DNA of 64,000 bases from a virus. The notes beneath the pieces are model-generated. The model made no database searches. It had not been told where the DNA came from and saw only the letters and a list, made by a program, of their open reading frames with translations. Position 1 is the first letter of the stretch. Each line of letters starts with the position of its first letter. The stretch lies in IMG/VR virus record IMGVR_UViG_3300017917_005124, positions 31,438 to 95,437 of that record. One strand, written 5' to 3'. Positions 21,986-32,675 of the stretch are shown one piece after another. The translations under genes were made by a program, and so were the position numbers.

Positions 21986-24900
21986 ATGAAAGTAATTAAG
22001 AGAGATGGCTCAGAAGAGGGTGTGAAATTTGATAAAATTTCAGCGAGAATAAAAAAACAAACTTACGGATTAGATTCTGAATTTATAGATTATCTTGAGG
22101 TATCTAAGAAGGTTATTTCTGGTGTATATGATGGTGTTACATCTAAGGAACTTGATAACCTTGCGGCAGAGACAGCGGCTGCAATGACAAGGATTCACCC
22201 AGACTATTCAATACTTGCAGCAAGAATTGCAATATCCTCACTAAAGAAAGAAACAAAGAAAAGCTTCAAGGAGACTATAGAAGATTTGTATAATCACATT
22301 AGCAAAGAAACAAATCAACATGCTCCAATGGTGTCAGAGGAATTATATAATCTAGTTCAAAATCATCACAAGAAAATAGAATCAATGATTGTTCATGATA
22401 GAGATTTTGATTTTGAGTATTTTGGGTATAAGACTCTTGAAAGGTCTTACTTATTGAAAATAGATAATAAGATAGTAGAAACACCACAACACTTGTATTT
22501 AAGAGTTGCTCTTGGGATATGGGGAGATAATTTTGAACAAGCTCAAAAGACTTATGAGCTTTTATCAACTGGAGAATTTACTCATGCTACACCAACATTG
22601 TTCAACTCAGGAACTCAGAAACCACAGTTATCTTCATGTTTTCTTGTTGGAAACAAAGGTGATGATATTGATGGGTTATTTGATACATTAAAGGATGTTG
22701 CTAAGATTTCTAAGTGGGCTGGAGGAATTGGTCTACATGTTCATGATGTAAGGGCTAGAGGTTCTTATATTAAGGGCACAGGAGGTAAGTCAGATGGTCT
22801 TTTGCCTATGATGAAAACTTATAACGAAGTTGCAAAGTGGATAAATCAATGTTTTGCTCCAGAAACACTTATTTATACAAATGATGGAGTCAAGAGAATT
22901 GAGGACTTAAAAGAAGGAGAGCTTGTTTTAACTAAGGATGGAAAATATTGTGAAGTTGGAGAGGTTATGAGTTATAATCAAGTTGGAGGTATGCTTGAAA
23001 TTGAAACAAAATCAACGTTAAAACCCCTTAGACTAACTGATGAGCACCCTTTATTCGCATTTAAAAATACATACAATAGAATTGGACGCTCAAATGATGA
23101 GTACATAAATCAATTAGAAAAAGGAATAATATCTCCTAGCTGGATTGACAGTGGTGAATTAAAAGTTGGAGATTTTATTGGAAAAGCAATACCTAAAGAA
23201 GTTATTGATGTGGAATTTTTTTCTGAGGAAGATGCATTTATTTATGGTTTATTACTTGGAGATGGTCATATAAGCGGATATGAAGTAGGTATATCTTTTA
23301 ATGAAATAACTAATTCTGATAGTTTATTTATTGTAAGAAATTACTTAGTTGATAGAGATATTAAATTTTGGGAAGCAAAAAGTGAATCTGAATTTTATTT
23401 ACAAATTAGATTTTCTTTGAGTAATTTACCTTGGTTAAATGAAGATTTGCTATATGATGAACAAGGAAATAAAAGGTTACATAATTCTTTATCTCACTTA
23501 CCTCTAAATAAGAGTTTGCAAATAATTAATGGATTAATTAAATCAGATGGGGGTGTGTATAGAAGAAATGAAATTCATTTTTATAATACCTCAGAAGTTT
23601 TGGTAGAAAATTTATCTTATCAAATTTTGAGATTTAAAGTTCCGACCTATGGTTCTTGGGTTGAGCGAGAAAATAATAGTAAATACATTTTAGAACATGG
23701 ATGTAAAAAAGAGCTCACATTATCTTGCGACCTTAGAATCCCTGCCTTCAAAGAATTATCTGAAATACTTAATATAGAACAGGTTGAGCGTAAAAATTGG
23801 ATTGTTTGGGATGGTATTTTATATACAAGAATAACATCAGTTAAAATGATTGAGGATTATAATGGGAGAGTTTATGATTTAAAAATAAAAGAAAATTTTG
23901 AAGACCCATCCTATACATTATCTTCCGCATTGGTTCACAATGGAGGAAAGCGAAAAGGTTCTTTTGCGGTATATCTTGAGCCATGGCACCTGGATGTAGA
24001 GGAGTTTATAGATTTGCGAAAAAACCACGGTAAAGAAGAAGTTAGGGCGAGGGATTTGTTTTTAGCTCTTTGGATTCCTGATTTATTTATGAAAAGAGTT
24101 CAAGATGACTTAGAGTGGACATTAATGTGTCCTAATGAGTGTCCAGGCCTTTCTGATGTGTATGATATTTATCCAGAATATGATGAGGAAGGTGAAATAA
24201 CAAATTCTGAAGAAGTAAATTTAGCATTTACTGAATTGTATGAAAAGTATGAGCTAGAGAATAAAGGTAGAAAAACTATTAAGGCAAGAGAACTTTGGGC
24301 CAAGATACTTGATGCTCAGATTGAAACTGGAACCCCATATGTTTTATACAAAGATGCTGCAAATAAAAAGAGCAATCAAAAAAATATAGGAACCATCAAG
24401 TCTTCGAATTTATGTACAGAAATAATGGAAGTTTCAACTCCAGAAGAACAAGCTGTATGTAACTTAGCTTCTATAGCTCTTCCTAAGATGGTTGTTATTC
24501 CTCAAGGAAAAGTTAAATCTAAAGACAAATCCTTGAGAGGATATGATTTCCAAAGGCTATATGAAGTTGCATATCAAACAGCAGTCAATCTTAATAGAGT
24601 AATTGATATTAACTGGTATCCAACAGAAGAGACAAGAAGGTCAAATATGAGACACAGACCTATTGGGATAGGTGTTCAGGGCTTAGCTGATACATTTGCT
24701 ATGCTTGGGTTACCTTTTGAATCTGATGCAGCCAAAAAGCTTAATAAGGATATTTTTGAGACAATCTACTTTGCAGCTATGACAGCTTCAAATGATATGT
24801 CCAAGAAATCATATAGAGCCGAATCAGCTTCTACTGAAGATGTTAGCTTCACAATTGGGGCGTACTCAACTTTTGTTGGCTCTCCATTGTCTGAAGGAAA

Positions 24901-25660
24901 ATTCCAATTTGATATGTGGGGAATTGATGAGTCAATGCTTTCTGGTCTTTGGGATTGGTCTAAGCTTAGAAAATCAGTGGTTAAGTATGGTGTGAAAAAC
25001 TCATTATTGCTTGCTCCAATGCCAACAGCATCTACAGCTCAAATTCTTGGAAACAATGAGTGCTTCGAGCCATATACAAATAACATTTATAAGAGAAATA
25101 CTCTTTCTGGGGAATTTGTTGTTGTAAATAGGCACTTGGTTGAAGATTTAATAAACATTGACCTTTGGAATGATGAGATAAGAATAAAAATCATTCAAAA
25201 CAATGGTTCAATTCAAACTATTGCAGAAATTCCTGCAGAAATACGTGAGGCCTACAAGACGGTTTGGGAGATGAAGGCAAGTAACTTAATTGATATGGCT
25301 GCAGATAGAGGGGCATTTATTTGTCAATCTCAGTCTATGAATTTATTTATTAGAGATGCAAATGTAGCTAAGTTAAATAAAGCATTATTCTACGCTTGGT
25401 CTAAGGGTCTTAAAACTGGAATGTATTACCTTAGAAGTAATGCTCAATCTGAGGCTAAGAAGTCTCTTGGAGAAAACATATCATCAGAAGTGTCTGAGTC
25501 AATTACAACTGAATCAGTAGCGCCTGCGATGATTCAAGCAATGGTTTCTAATATTATTGAGACACCTTCAGTAGAACTATCAGATGCTGAGTCTGAGGCG
25601 ATGAGAGGTTTGACTTGTAGTTTGGATTCTCCTGAAAATTGTGATTCCTGCGGTGCGTAG
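21986..25660 (+). CDS. nrdA: ribonucleotide reductase class Ia alpha subunit with intein
   Basis: ATP cone VIKRDG, ATPTLFN, LSSCF, SSNLCTEI, CNLAS, MPTAST, KTGMYYLR, C-terminal CDSC. Confidence 0.97.
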   Translation: MKVIKRDGSEEGVKFDKISARIKKQTYGLDSEFIDYLEVSKKVISGVYDGVTSKELDNLAAETAAAMTRIHPDYSILAARIAISSLKKETKKSFKETIEDLYNHISKETNQHAPMVSEELYNLVQNHHKKIESMIVHDRDFDFEYFGYKTLERSYLLKIDNKIVETPQHLYLRVALGIWGDNFEQAQKTYELLSTGEFTHATPTLFNSGTQKPQLSSCFLVGNKGDDIDGLFDTLKDVAKISKWAGGIGLHVHDVRARGSYIKGTGGKSDGLLPMMKTYNEVAKWINQCFAPETLIYTNDGVKRIEDLKEGELVLTKDGKYCEVGEVMSYNQVGGMLEIETKSTLKPLRLTDEHPLFAFKNTYNRIGRSNDEYINQLEKGIISPSWIDSGELKVGDFIGKAIPKEVIDVEFFSEEDAFIYGLLLGDGHISGYEVGISFNEITNSDSLFIVRNYLVDRDIKFWEAKSESEFYLQIRFSLSNLPWLNEDLLYDEQGNKRLHNSLSHLPLNKSLQIINGLIKSDGGVYRRNEIHFYNTSEVLVENLSYQILRFKVPTYGSWVERENNSKYILEHGCKKELTLSCDLRIPAFKELSEILNIEQVERKNWIVWDGILYTRITSVKMIEDYNGRVYDLKIKENFEDPSYTLSSALVHNGGKRKGSFAVYLEPWHLDVEEFIDLRKNHGKEEVRARDLFLALWIPDLFMKRVQDDLEWTLMCPNECPGLSDVYDIYPEYDEEGEITNSEEVNLAFTELYEKYELENKGRKTIKARELWAKILDAQIETGTPYVLYKDAANKKSNQKNIGTIKSSNLCTEIMEVSTPEEQAVCNLASIALPKMVVIPQGKVKSKDKSLRGYDFQRLYEVAYQTAVNLNRVIDINWYPTEETRRSNMRHRPIGIGVQGLADTFAMLGLPFESDAAKKLNKDIFETIYFAAMTASNDMSKKSYRAESASTEDVSFTIGAYSTFVGSPLSEGKFQFDMWGIDESMLSGLWDWSKLRKSVVKYGVKNSLLLAPMPTASTAQILGNNECFEPYTNNIYKRNTLSGEFVVVNRHLVEDLINIDLWNDEIRIKIIQNNGSIQTIAEIPAEIREAYKTVWEMKASNLIDMAADRGAFICQSQSMNLFIRDANVAKLNKALFYAWSKGLKTGMYYLRSNAQSEAKKSLGENISSEVSESITTESVAPAMIQAMVSNIIETPSVELSDAESEAMRGLTCSLDSPENCDSCGA
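22850..23941 (+). mobile_element. cis intein with LAGLIDADG endonuclease (364 aa)
   Basis: Starts CFAPETLIYT; block B LTDEHP; YGLLLGDGH and NGLIKSDG; VYDL; ends LVHN. The flanks rejoin as WINQ|GGKRKG. Confidence 0.93.
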
Positions 25661-26019
25661 CTTATAGATTATATCTTGATTGTTGTTTAATCTGTGGTTT
25701 TTAAAAATTCCATACTTTTATAATAAAATATAAAGGTATGGAATTTTTTTATGTACTTAAAAGTAAAAAAATAAAGGATTAGACATGCTTAAATTATAAG
25801 GAGAAACTAAGGAGAAAATTCCAGATTCAATAAAAGGAAAAGCTTTCTATTTATAAATTAAGAAAGAAAGGTCATCAAACAGTTGAATAGAGATTTAGAA
25901 AACTTATATAAAATTACGTAAGTTTTTTGAACGGTTGGGATAAATATATAAATTTATTTTAATGTTATTTATTTGATTTATAAAAAACATTTTCTTATAT
26001 TTTTATAAAATTAGAAATC

Positions 26020-26211
26020 ATGAAAAAACCAAAAAGCAAAGAAAAGCAAATAGCAGCAAATAAGAGAGGCGCTAAGAGAAGTGAAAGACTTAGGGATTCT
26101 AGAAAAAAGGTAGCCAAAAAAAGAGAAGAGCTGATAAATAAAAGAAAGGCAGAGAAAGAAAAGTTTCTTAAATTTATGATGAAATTAGAAGAGGCTAGAA
26201 ATAGGGCTTAG
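26020..26211 (+). CDS. small basic hypothetical protein
   Basis: 63 aa, Lys/Arg-rich; followed by a terminator at about 26220-26258. Confidence 0.7.
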   Translation: MKKPKSKEKQIAANKRGAKRSERLRDSRKKVAKKREELINKRKAEKEKFLKFMMKLEEARNRA

Positions 26212-26285
26212 TATGTTTTAAAAAAAGGTATTTGATGTATTCAAATACCTTTTTTTTTACTATTTATAATAAAGTATTTTCTAAA

Positions 26286-26597
26286 ATGAAAGAATTAAGA
26301 GAAGAAATATTGTGTGTCTTAAAAAATGCGCTTTTAAGTGAAGAAGTTTCTGTGCCACAAAATACTGAAACTCAAAATGTGAAACCAAAATCTCAAGCTA
26401 TAAGATTCAATCCTGGTCTTGAAAATGAATATATTGTTACATTTTCAGAAAGAGGATTTTTGATTGATAATACAAGAATGAGTTTTGAGGAAATAGAAAA
26501 TGCCTTATCTAAGGAGTATTTTATAACACTAAAAGGCGGAACTGTTTTAGACTTAGTTAAAATGCAACAGATTTTAAAATATAAAGATAGGTATTGA
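26286..26597 (+). CDS. hypothetical protein (MKELREEI N-terminus)
   Basis: ATG 26286 follows TATTTATA at 26261; the longer start in the ORF track lies inside a terminator. Confidence 0.75.
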   Translation: MKELREEILCVLKNALLSEEVSVPQNTETQNVKPKSQAIRFNPGLENEYIVTFSERGFLIDNTRMSFEEIENALSKEYFITLKGGTVLDLVKMQQILKYKDRY

Positions 26598-26598
26598 G

Positions 26599-27246
26599 AT
26601 GGATATAAGAGATGAGATAAGAAGTATATTAAAAGAGGTTTTTTCAGAAGCAGCTCCTACAAAGCATTATAAAGATAGAGTTGAGGGTAGATTAAAAAGT
26701 ACTGAATACACGAGACCAACATTCAATTATAATGAAGTTGAAAATCAAATTAATATTCTTAAGAATACGAATTTTGACCCCCAAGAGTCATTTGCAATTT
26801 TTTTAAAATCATTCCCAGTCACTTATGCTTCTAAGGACCCATATGATGATAAAATATCAGTTGGAGATGAGCTTTGGGCTGTAGTAAGAAGTAATGAGAT
26901 TACCACTATTTTCTTCAGAAACTCAAGTCAAAGAAATGTACCAGTAAAGGGGGTTGATAATACATTGGAAATAAAGACTCTATATAAAAATTATGTAGAA
27001 AAAGAAAAGAATCAAGATGGGACTGTAGACTTTTCTATTTATTCAAAAAATCAATCAAATAGAAGAGGTCCTGGTAGAAAAAAAATAGAAATTGACTTAC
27101 CTATTGTAGATATTGATGGTTCTAAGTGGTATATTGACCAAGAAAATGAGAAGATAATATTTGTAAAAAATACAAAAAAAGAGATATCTTTTGATAATCT
27201 AAAGGAAGAGTATTTAGAAAAGATAATAGACGCTGTGACTTCATAA
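26599..27246 (+). CDS. hypothetical protein (IRxILKE N-terminal motif)
   Basis: 215-aa ORF coupled to the previous gene. Confidence 0.8.
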   Translation: MDIRDEIRSILKEVFSEAAPTKHYKDRVEGRLKSTEYTRPTFNYNEVENQINILKNTNFDPQESFAIFLKSFPVTYASKDPYDDKISVGDELWAVVRSNEITTIFFRNSSQRNVPVKGVDNTLEIKTLYKNYVEKEKNQDGTVDFSIYSKNQSNRRGPGRKKIEIDLPIVDIDGSKWYIDQENEKIIFVKNTKKEISFDNLKEEYLEKIIDAVTS

Positions 27247-27342
27247 AAAAATAAATTTATTTTTTTTTTAAAAAATAGACTCTTTAATTTGTTTAAGAGT
27301 CTATTTTTGTTTATATTTGCATATAACATAAAATATGTAGTA

Positions 27343-27708
27343 ATGGATAGTGAATTGAAAGAAGATAGTGGTTTTAAAGGGGTTTTTCCTGGTACAGCAA
27401 ATAATCAAAAAGATAGTAATTTGAGTGCATTAGAATCTGTAGAGTCTAAACAAAATAGCGGTGTGACTAACGATTCTAAGACTTATATTAAGTTAGAGAC
27501 AAAAAATTCCCAAGGTCAATTATCAGGTGTTCTTGAAATTGATTTAATTAGTTTTAGAGAAAAAGGGCAAGAGAGCAGATATCTTTCTATAAATACATTA
27601 GGTTCAGATTCTATTGGCGAATCTAGCAATACTATTATATCAATAGACAACGAATTGGATTTTAATAGATTTAAAAAATTCATTTCAGAATTAAATTGGA
27701 ATGATTAA
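27343..27708 (+). CDS. hypothetical protein
   Basis: ATG 27343 lies downstream of TATATTTG at 27312. Confidence 0.7.
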   Translation: MDSELKEDSGFKGVFPGTANNQKDSNLSALESVESKQNSGVTNDSKTYIKLETKNSQGQLSGVLEIDLISFREKGQESRYLSINTLGSDSIGESSNTIISIDNELDFNRFKKFISELNWND

Positions 27709-27717
27709 TTTTGTATC

Positions 27718-28608
27718 ATGAAGTTGGAAGAAAATTTAAATAAAGATAGCATTTCTTTAAAGAATTATTTTAAAGAAGTAAGAAAACTAGAGTTATTAGG
27801 TGCTAAAGAACAAATAGAGCTTGCTACACAGGCTAAAAATGGTGATAGCATAGCTATGAAAAAGCTAATAGAAAGTAATTTAAGGTTTGTATTAAGGGTT
27901 GCAAAAGAGTATTCTTACACAGGAATCCCATTAGAAGACTTAATCCAAGAGGGTAATTTTGGAATTATAAAGGCAGTAGAAAAGTTTGACGAGAGTAAGG
28001 GGTTAAATTTTATTTCTTATGCGGTATGGTGGATTAGACAATCTATAATGCAATCTGCGTATGACAATGGGAATGCTGTAAGGTTGCCTGTTAATAGAAT
28101 TAATATTATAAACAAAGTATCTAAGGCTAATGAGATTTTATCCAAAGAGCTTGGTAGAGAACCATCTCCAAGTGAGATTATTGATTTTTATAAAAAGGAA
28201 GAAAATGGAGAATTTCAAATAACTGAGAAAGATATTAGAAGTTCGTATTCAGATGGTAATTATAGTGTTTCATTAAATTCGACTATAACAGAGGAATCAG
28301 GCTCAATAGAGTTACATGAATTAATTGAAGGTGATGGTTTTAGTGAATTAGAGAATGATGTTAATAAAGATTCTCTTAAGTTTGAAATTGATGAAGTTCT
28401 TGATGGGTTATCTAAGAGAGAATCAGATATTCTTAAAATGTATTTTGGAATAGGTGATAAAAAGGAAATGACTTTAGCTGAGATTGGTGAAGAGATAGGT
28501 ATAACAAATGAGAGGGTTAGGCAAATTAAGGAGTTTGCTTTAAAAAAATTAAGAACATACAATAATAGTTGTAAATTAAAAGAGTTTTTAAGTTGTCAAA
28601 TAAAATGA
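27718..28608 (+). CDS. sigma70-family factor (RpoD/RpoS-like, no region 1.1)
   Basis: SNLRFV, DLIQEGNFG, FISYAVWWIRQSI, VRLP, TLAEIG...TNERVRQI. Confidence 0.95.
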   Translation: MKLEENLNKDSISLKNYFKEVRKLELLGAKEQIELATQAKNGDSIAMKKLIESNLRFVLRVAKEYSYTGIPLEDLIQEGNFGIIKAVEKFDESKGLNFISYAVWWIRQSIMQSAYDNGNAVRLPVNRINIINKVSKANEILSKELGREPSPSEIIDFYKKEENGEFQITEKDIRSSYSDGNYSVSLNSTITEESGSIELHELIEGDGFSELENDVNKDSLKFEIDEVLDGLSKRESDILKMYFGIGDKKEMTLAEIGEEIGITNERVRQIKEFALKKLRTYNNSCKLKEFLSCQIK

Positions 28609-28868
28609 AAGATATTAAGGTTGAATATTACAAAATGGTTTGCGATAAGAAATTGGGAGATAACAGTATTATACCAAAAAATCAAAATTTAATTTTAATA
28701 AAAGAAGATAATGATGGAATGTTTTTTTTTGAAACATACATTGATGAGTATAAAAAGTTGTTTTGGGCAAATAAAAATGAAGTAGTATTTATGGAATCTA
28801 TAATTGAAAAATGGGAAGATGAAAAAATAAATAAAATAAATAAATATATTAATGGTGAGTTTTTATAA
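28605..28868 (+). CDS. hypothetical protein
   Basis: ATG overlaps the end of the sigma gene. Confidence 0.65.
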   Translation: MKDIKVEYYKMVCDKKLGDNSIIPKNQNLILIKEDNDGMFFFETYIDEYKKLFWANKNEVVFMESIIEKWEDEKINKINKYINGEFL

Positions 28869-28912
28869 AAATTTATTATCTTTGTTGGTGTTTAAAAAAT
28901 AAAAATAAAAAT

Positions 28913-29737
28913 ATGAATTTAAATTTGAATCTGAATCTTAAGAAGCCGTTAGTATTCTTAAAAGTAGCCACCACTGGTAATGAGCCAGTTGATAAAAAAC
29001 AAACAAAAAGAGATAGGATTATTGAATTATCTATTACAAGAATTGAGGCTGATAGGCAAACTGTAAAAACTGGAACAAGGCTTATAAATCCTGGATTTCC
29101 TATACCTATTGAATCAACTATGATTAATGGAATTAAAGATGAAGATGTTGTTAATATGCCTAAGTTTGAGGATATTGCACAAAATATTTATTCATTTATT
29201 GGCGATGCTGATTTTGCTGGGTTTGGAATAATAAATTTTGATTTAAAATTTTTAACTGAAGAATTCAATAAAGCTGGAATAGATTTTAATATTTATGGTA
29301 GAAAAATTATAGATTTAAGTGAGATATTCTATAAAATGGAAAAGAGAGATTTTAGAGCAGCAGCATCAATTTTTGCAAATAAAGACTTTGATAGTTCGCC
29401 AATTTCTTCTCAAACAGCAAATTTAGCGTCTATAGAAATTTTTAATGGAATGGTGTCTAAATATTCACACATTGAAGCTTTCTCAAATGCAAATCCTGAC
29501 ATCTTGGATGATGAGTTTAATAAAATAAAAAAGGCTTTGGATGTGCAAAATCTTATAGTTCTTAATAGTGATAAGAGGCCAGTGTTTAATTTTGGAAAAT
29601 ACAAAAATTTATTAGTTGCAGATATGATGATTAGTGACCCAGAATATTATGATTGGTTTGTAAATGTTTCTGATTTACCTTCAGATACTAAAAAAATAGT
29701 CAAAAAGATAGTTGAAAAAGCTAAATCACTAAATTAA
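28913..29737 (+). CDS. DnaQ/DEDDh exonuclease homolog with a degenerate active site
   Basis: LVFLKVATTG, DRIIEL, INPGFPIP, NFDLKFL, FNFGKYK. The ExoI DxE reads KxA. Confidence 0.85.
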   Translation: MNLNLNLNLKKPLVFLKVATTGNEPVDKKQTKRDRIIELSITRIEADRQTVKTGTRLINPGFPIPIESTMINGIKDEDVVNMPKFEDIAQNIYSFIGDADFAGFGIINFDLKFLTEEFNKAGIDFNIYGRKIIDLSEIFYKMEKRDFRAAASIFANKDFDSSPISSQTANLASIEIFNGMVSKYSHIEAFSNANPDILDDEFNKIKKALDVQNLIVLNSDKRPVFNFGKYKNLLVADMMISDPEYYDWFVNVSDLPSDTKKIVKKIVEKAKSLN

Positions 29738-29740
29738 TTT

Positions 29741-31246
29741 ATGTCAAAAAAGAAATTAGACCAATCTGTTACTGGGCAACTTGATATGTTGGAAGCTTTG
29801 GGGCAATCTAAATCTGTTAGTTATACAGAGGAGCAAGAGAAGTTTATTTGTTATGATGGCCAAGATTCAATTGTATTGGCTGCAACTGCTGGAAGTGGTA
29901 AATCATTTAGTTGTGTTCAAAGATTAAAGACTCTTGTGGAGAGAGGGGTAGACCCAAACAAGATAATTTTCTTTAGTTTCACAAAGGCTGCTACTGATGA
30001 GTTAAGAGAAAGAGTTGAATCAGCTGGTATTTTAGTTAGAGATAAGGTTTATAAAGGAGAAGGTGTAACTATAACAACTATTCATGCATTTACAAATAGC
30101 TTGCTTTTAAAAATGGGTAAGTTTAAAGAGACTGCTACTTTTGGTGATTTTATTAATTGGTTTAAAGTTGAGTATAAGCCAAGTAATCATGCGACAAGAG
30201 AGGCTAAGGAGGCATATTACGATTTAATTTCAAATATGTACGAAGATTCTGATAGAATATCCTCAGAAATCAGCTCCTTCAAACTTCAATCTGCTGAAAA
30301 TATAAAAGCTCCAGTTCCTGAATTTTATAGTGACTATAGGAAATTTTTAAAAGAAAAGAGAAAGAGGGATTTTTCTGACATGTTAATTGAGGTTCGTGAT
30401 TTGCTTCTTGAAAATATTTGGATTAAGAGATTTAGAGGTCAATATGATTATATATTTATTGACGAGTATCAAGATACTAGTACGATACAACTTCAAATAC
30501 TACTGTCTTTAAATGCTAAATTTTATTACATGATTGGAGACAGAAATCAAAGTATATATGGATATAGTGGAGCAAATTGTAATAAACTTGAAGAGATGTT
30601 AAAGAAAAGGAGACAAGTTAAAGAAATGACTTTATCCGTAAATTTCAGAAGCGATGAGTCTATTGTTGAAAATTCTAATAAATACTCTTCTTTGAAAGCA
30701 ATTTCAAGTAGCAAAGATTATGGTTCTGTTAATAAGCATATCATGATTAGGTTAGATGATTTAATTGAATTACTTAAGCAACCAGGTGAGATTGTGGTTC
30801 TAGTCAGAACAAATGAAATAATTAAAAAAATGGAAAAGGAATTGTTGAAAAGAAAAGTTCCTATGAGATATTTTAATTTTATAAATAAAGAGGATATTAG
30901 TGATTTTAAAAATGGTAATATCAATACTCACTTAAGAGGTAAATTAAATAATTTCAAGGCTTACTTTGAAAATGATGCTCAGACAATTGCTTTCATAGAA
31001 AGATTTAAAAATTCGCCTAAGTTTATAACAACTATTCACAAGAGTAAGGGTCGTGAATTTGATGAATGTGTAGTTGTTAATTCTATATCTCCAGAAGTCC
31101 TTCAAGAATGTGGTATATATGATAAGCTTGGAAAGAAAAGGCTCGAAAGAGTTTCTTTTACAGATAAGGATGAAGAATCAAGAAATATTCATTATGTAGC
31201 CGTCTCAAGGAGTAAACATAAGTTGCATTTTATGATTTATGAATAA
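29741..31246 (+). CDS. UvrD/Rep SF1 helicase
   Basis: ATAGSGKS, IDEYQD, GDRNQSIYG, NFRS, TIHKSKGREF, YVAVSR. Confidence 0.93.
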   Translation: MSKKKLDQSVTGQLDMLEALGQSKSVSYTEEQEKFICYDGQDSIVLAATAGSGKSFSCVQRLKTLVERGVDPNKIIFFSFTKAATDELRERVESAGILVRDKVYKGEGVTITTIHAFTNSLLLKMGKFKETATFGDFINWFKVEYKPSNHATREAKEAYYDLISNMYEDSDRISSEISSFKLQSAENIKAPVPEFYSDYRKFLKEKRKRDFSDMLIEVRDLLLENIWIKRFRGQYDYIFIDEYQDTSTIQLQILLSLNAKFYYMIGDRNQSIYGYSGANCNKLEEMLKKRRQVKEMTLSVNFRSDESIVENSNKYSSLKAISSSKDYGSVNKHIMIRLDDLIELLKQPGEIVVLVRTNEIIKKMEKELLKRKVPMRYFNFINKEDISDFKNGNINTHLRGKLNNFKAYFENDAQTIAFIERFKNSPKFITTIHKSKGREFDECVVVNSISPEVLQECGIYDKLGKKRLERVSFTDKDEESRNIHYVAVSRSKHKLHFMIYE

Positions 31247-32675
31247 AAAAAATATTATGAATTATGAAAAAAATATAAATGAAATTATTCATAAAGTATC
31301 TTTAGAGGAAGGTTTTAATGTTTGTTTGGATAATAAAGAAATTGATGAAAAAATTTTCATTATAAAAAATGAGTTATCAAAAAAGTATAACATACTAAAT
31401 TTTGACAAAGAAAATTCTTTTGACATAAATTTAGATTATAAAATTTCTACAATAAAAGAATTAACTAATAATAAAAATTTTCAAAATAAGTCATTTGGAG
31501 AGGTTATGAGTCCGTTGGATTCACTTATAACTCCAATGATGAATACGTTGCCAAAAGAAGTCTGGAGCAATCCTAATCTTAAGTGGCTTGATTCATGTGC
31601 TGGTATAGGAAATTTTCAATCTATTATAATAAGTAGGTTAATGGATGGGCTAGTTAATTGGGAGCCAGACCAAGAAAAAAGGTATAATCATATTATAGGC
31701 AATATGATTTATCTAGGAGAGCTTCAAGCTAAAAATTCATTTATTAATTTTATTTTATTTAGTAGAAATGAAAGTATTGTTAATATGTATAATGATGATT
31801 TTTTGGATAAAAAATTTGAAAAGCATATGCATGATGAGTGGGGGGTTGATGGTTTTGATATAATTATAGGAAATCCACCTTTTAATAGTGCTTCGGTTGG
31901 AGCTTTTGGAAAAAGGGATTTGTGGGATAAATTTGTAATTAAAAGCATTGATTTATTAAATAAAAATGGATTTTTAGTTTTGGTCCATCCACCTAAGTGG
32001 AGAATGCCAGAACATAAATTATTTGATATTTTTAAGAAAAATAATTTAATATACTTAGAAATACACTCAAAATTTGATGGTGATAAAATTTTTAAGGCTA
32101 CCACAAGATATGATTTTTATTGTTTGCAAAAATGTTCTTATAATGGGAAAACAAAAGTTGTAGATGAACTAGGAGTTTGTTCATATATAGATATAACAAA
32201 ATGGGATTGGTTGCCTAATTATGAATTTGAAAGTATTAGTAGCATAATCACCAAAGAGTTCAATAATAATTGTGAAATTATATATGACCGCTCTAAGTAT
32301 GGAAATGAAAAGGAGTGGATGTCTAAAAAAAAGGATGAAAATCATATGCTACCTTGTGTATATGGTATGTATAAAGATAGAACCTGTTCATATTTGTATT
32401 CATCAGAGGATAAAGGTCATTTTGGACAATCAAAATTAATTCTTGGTATTGGAGAGGTATTATATCCACTTATTGACTATAAGGGTGAATTCGGGCTGAC
32501 AAATAATACATTTGCTATAGTTAGTGATGATTTAATTGTTTTAGAAAATATGAAACAAGCAATAGAGTCGGAGGGGTTTAAAAAAATAATAAAAGCAACA
32601 AAGTGGAATAATTTTCAGACTAGCCAAAAAATGTTTAAATCTTTTAAGAAAGATTTTTGGAAAAATTTTATATAA
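31239..32675 (+). CDS. N6-adenine DNA methyltransferase (Eco57I/TaqI-like gamma class)
   Basis: FGEVMSP, WLDSCAGIGNF, FDIIIGNPPF. Confidence 0.88.
   Translation: MNKKNIMNYEKNINEIIHKVSLEEGFNVCLDNKEIDEKIFIIKNELSKKYNILNFDKENSFDINLDYKISTIKELTNNKNFQNKSFGEVMSPLDSLITPMMNTLPKEVWSNPNLKWLDSCAGIGNFQSIIISRLMDGLVNWEPDQEKRYNHIIGNMIYLGELQAKNSFINFILFSRNESIVNMYNDDFLDKKFEKHMHDEWGVDGFDIIIGNPPFNSASVGAFGKRDLWDKFVIKSIDLLNKNGFLVLVHPPKWRMPEHKLFDIFKKNNLIYLEIHSKFDGDKIFKATTRYDFYCLQKCSYNGKTKVVDELGVCSYIDITKWDWLPNYEFESISSIITKEFNNNCEIIYDRSKYGNEKEWMSKKKDENHMLPCVYGMYKDRTCSYLYSSEDKGHFGQSKLILGIGEVLYPLIDYKGEFGLTNNTFAIVSDDLIVLENMKQAIESEGFKKIIKATKWNNFQTSQKMFKSFKKDFWKNFI

Noticed and set aside
25740-25945. Possible decayed gene after nrdA
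   Set aside because: Only short broken frames with no recognisable motif; it cannot be supported.
31239-32675. Complete restriction-modification system
   Set aside because: No cognate restriction endonuclease is adjacent, so it is treated as an orphan methyltransferase.
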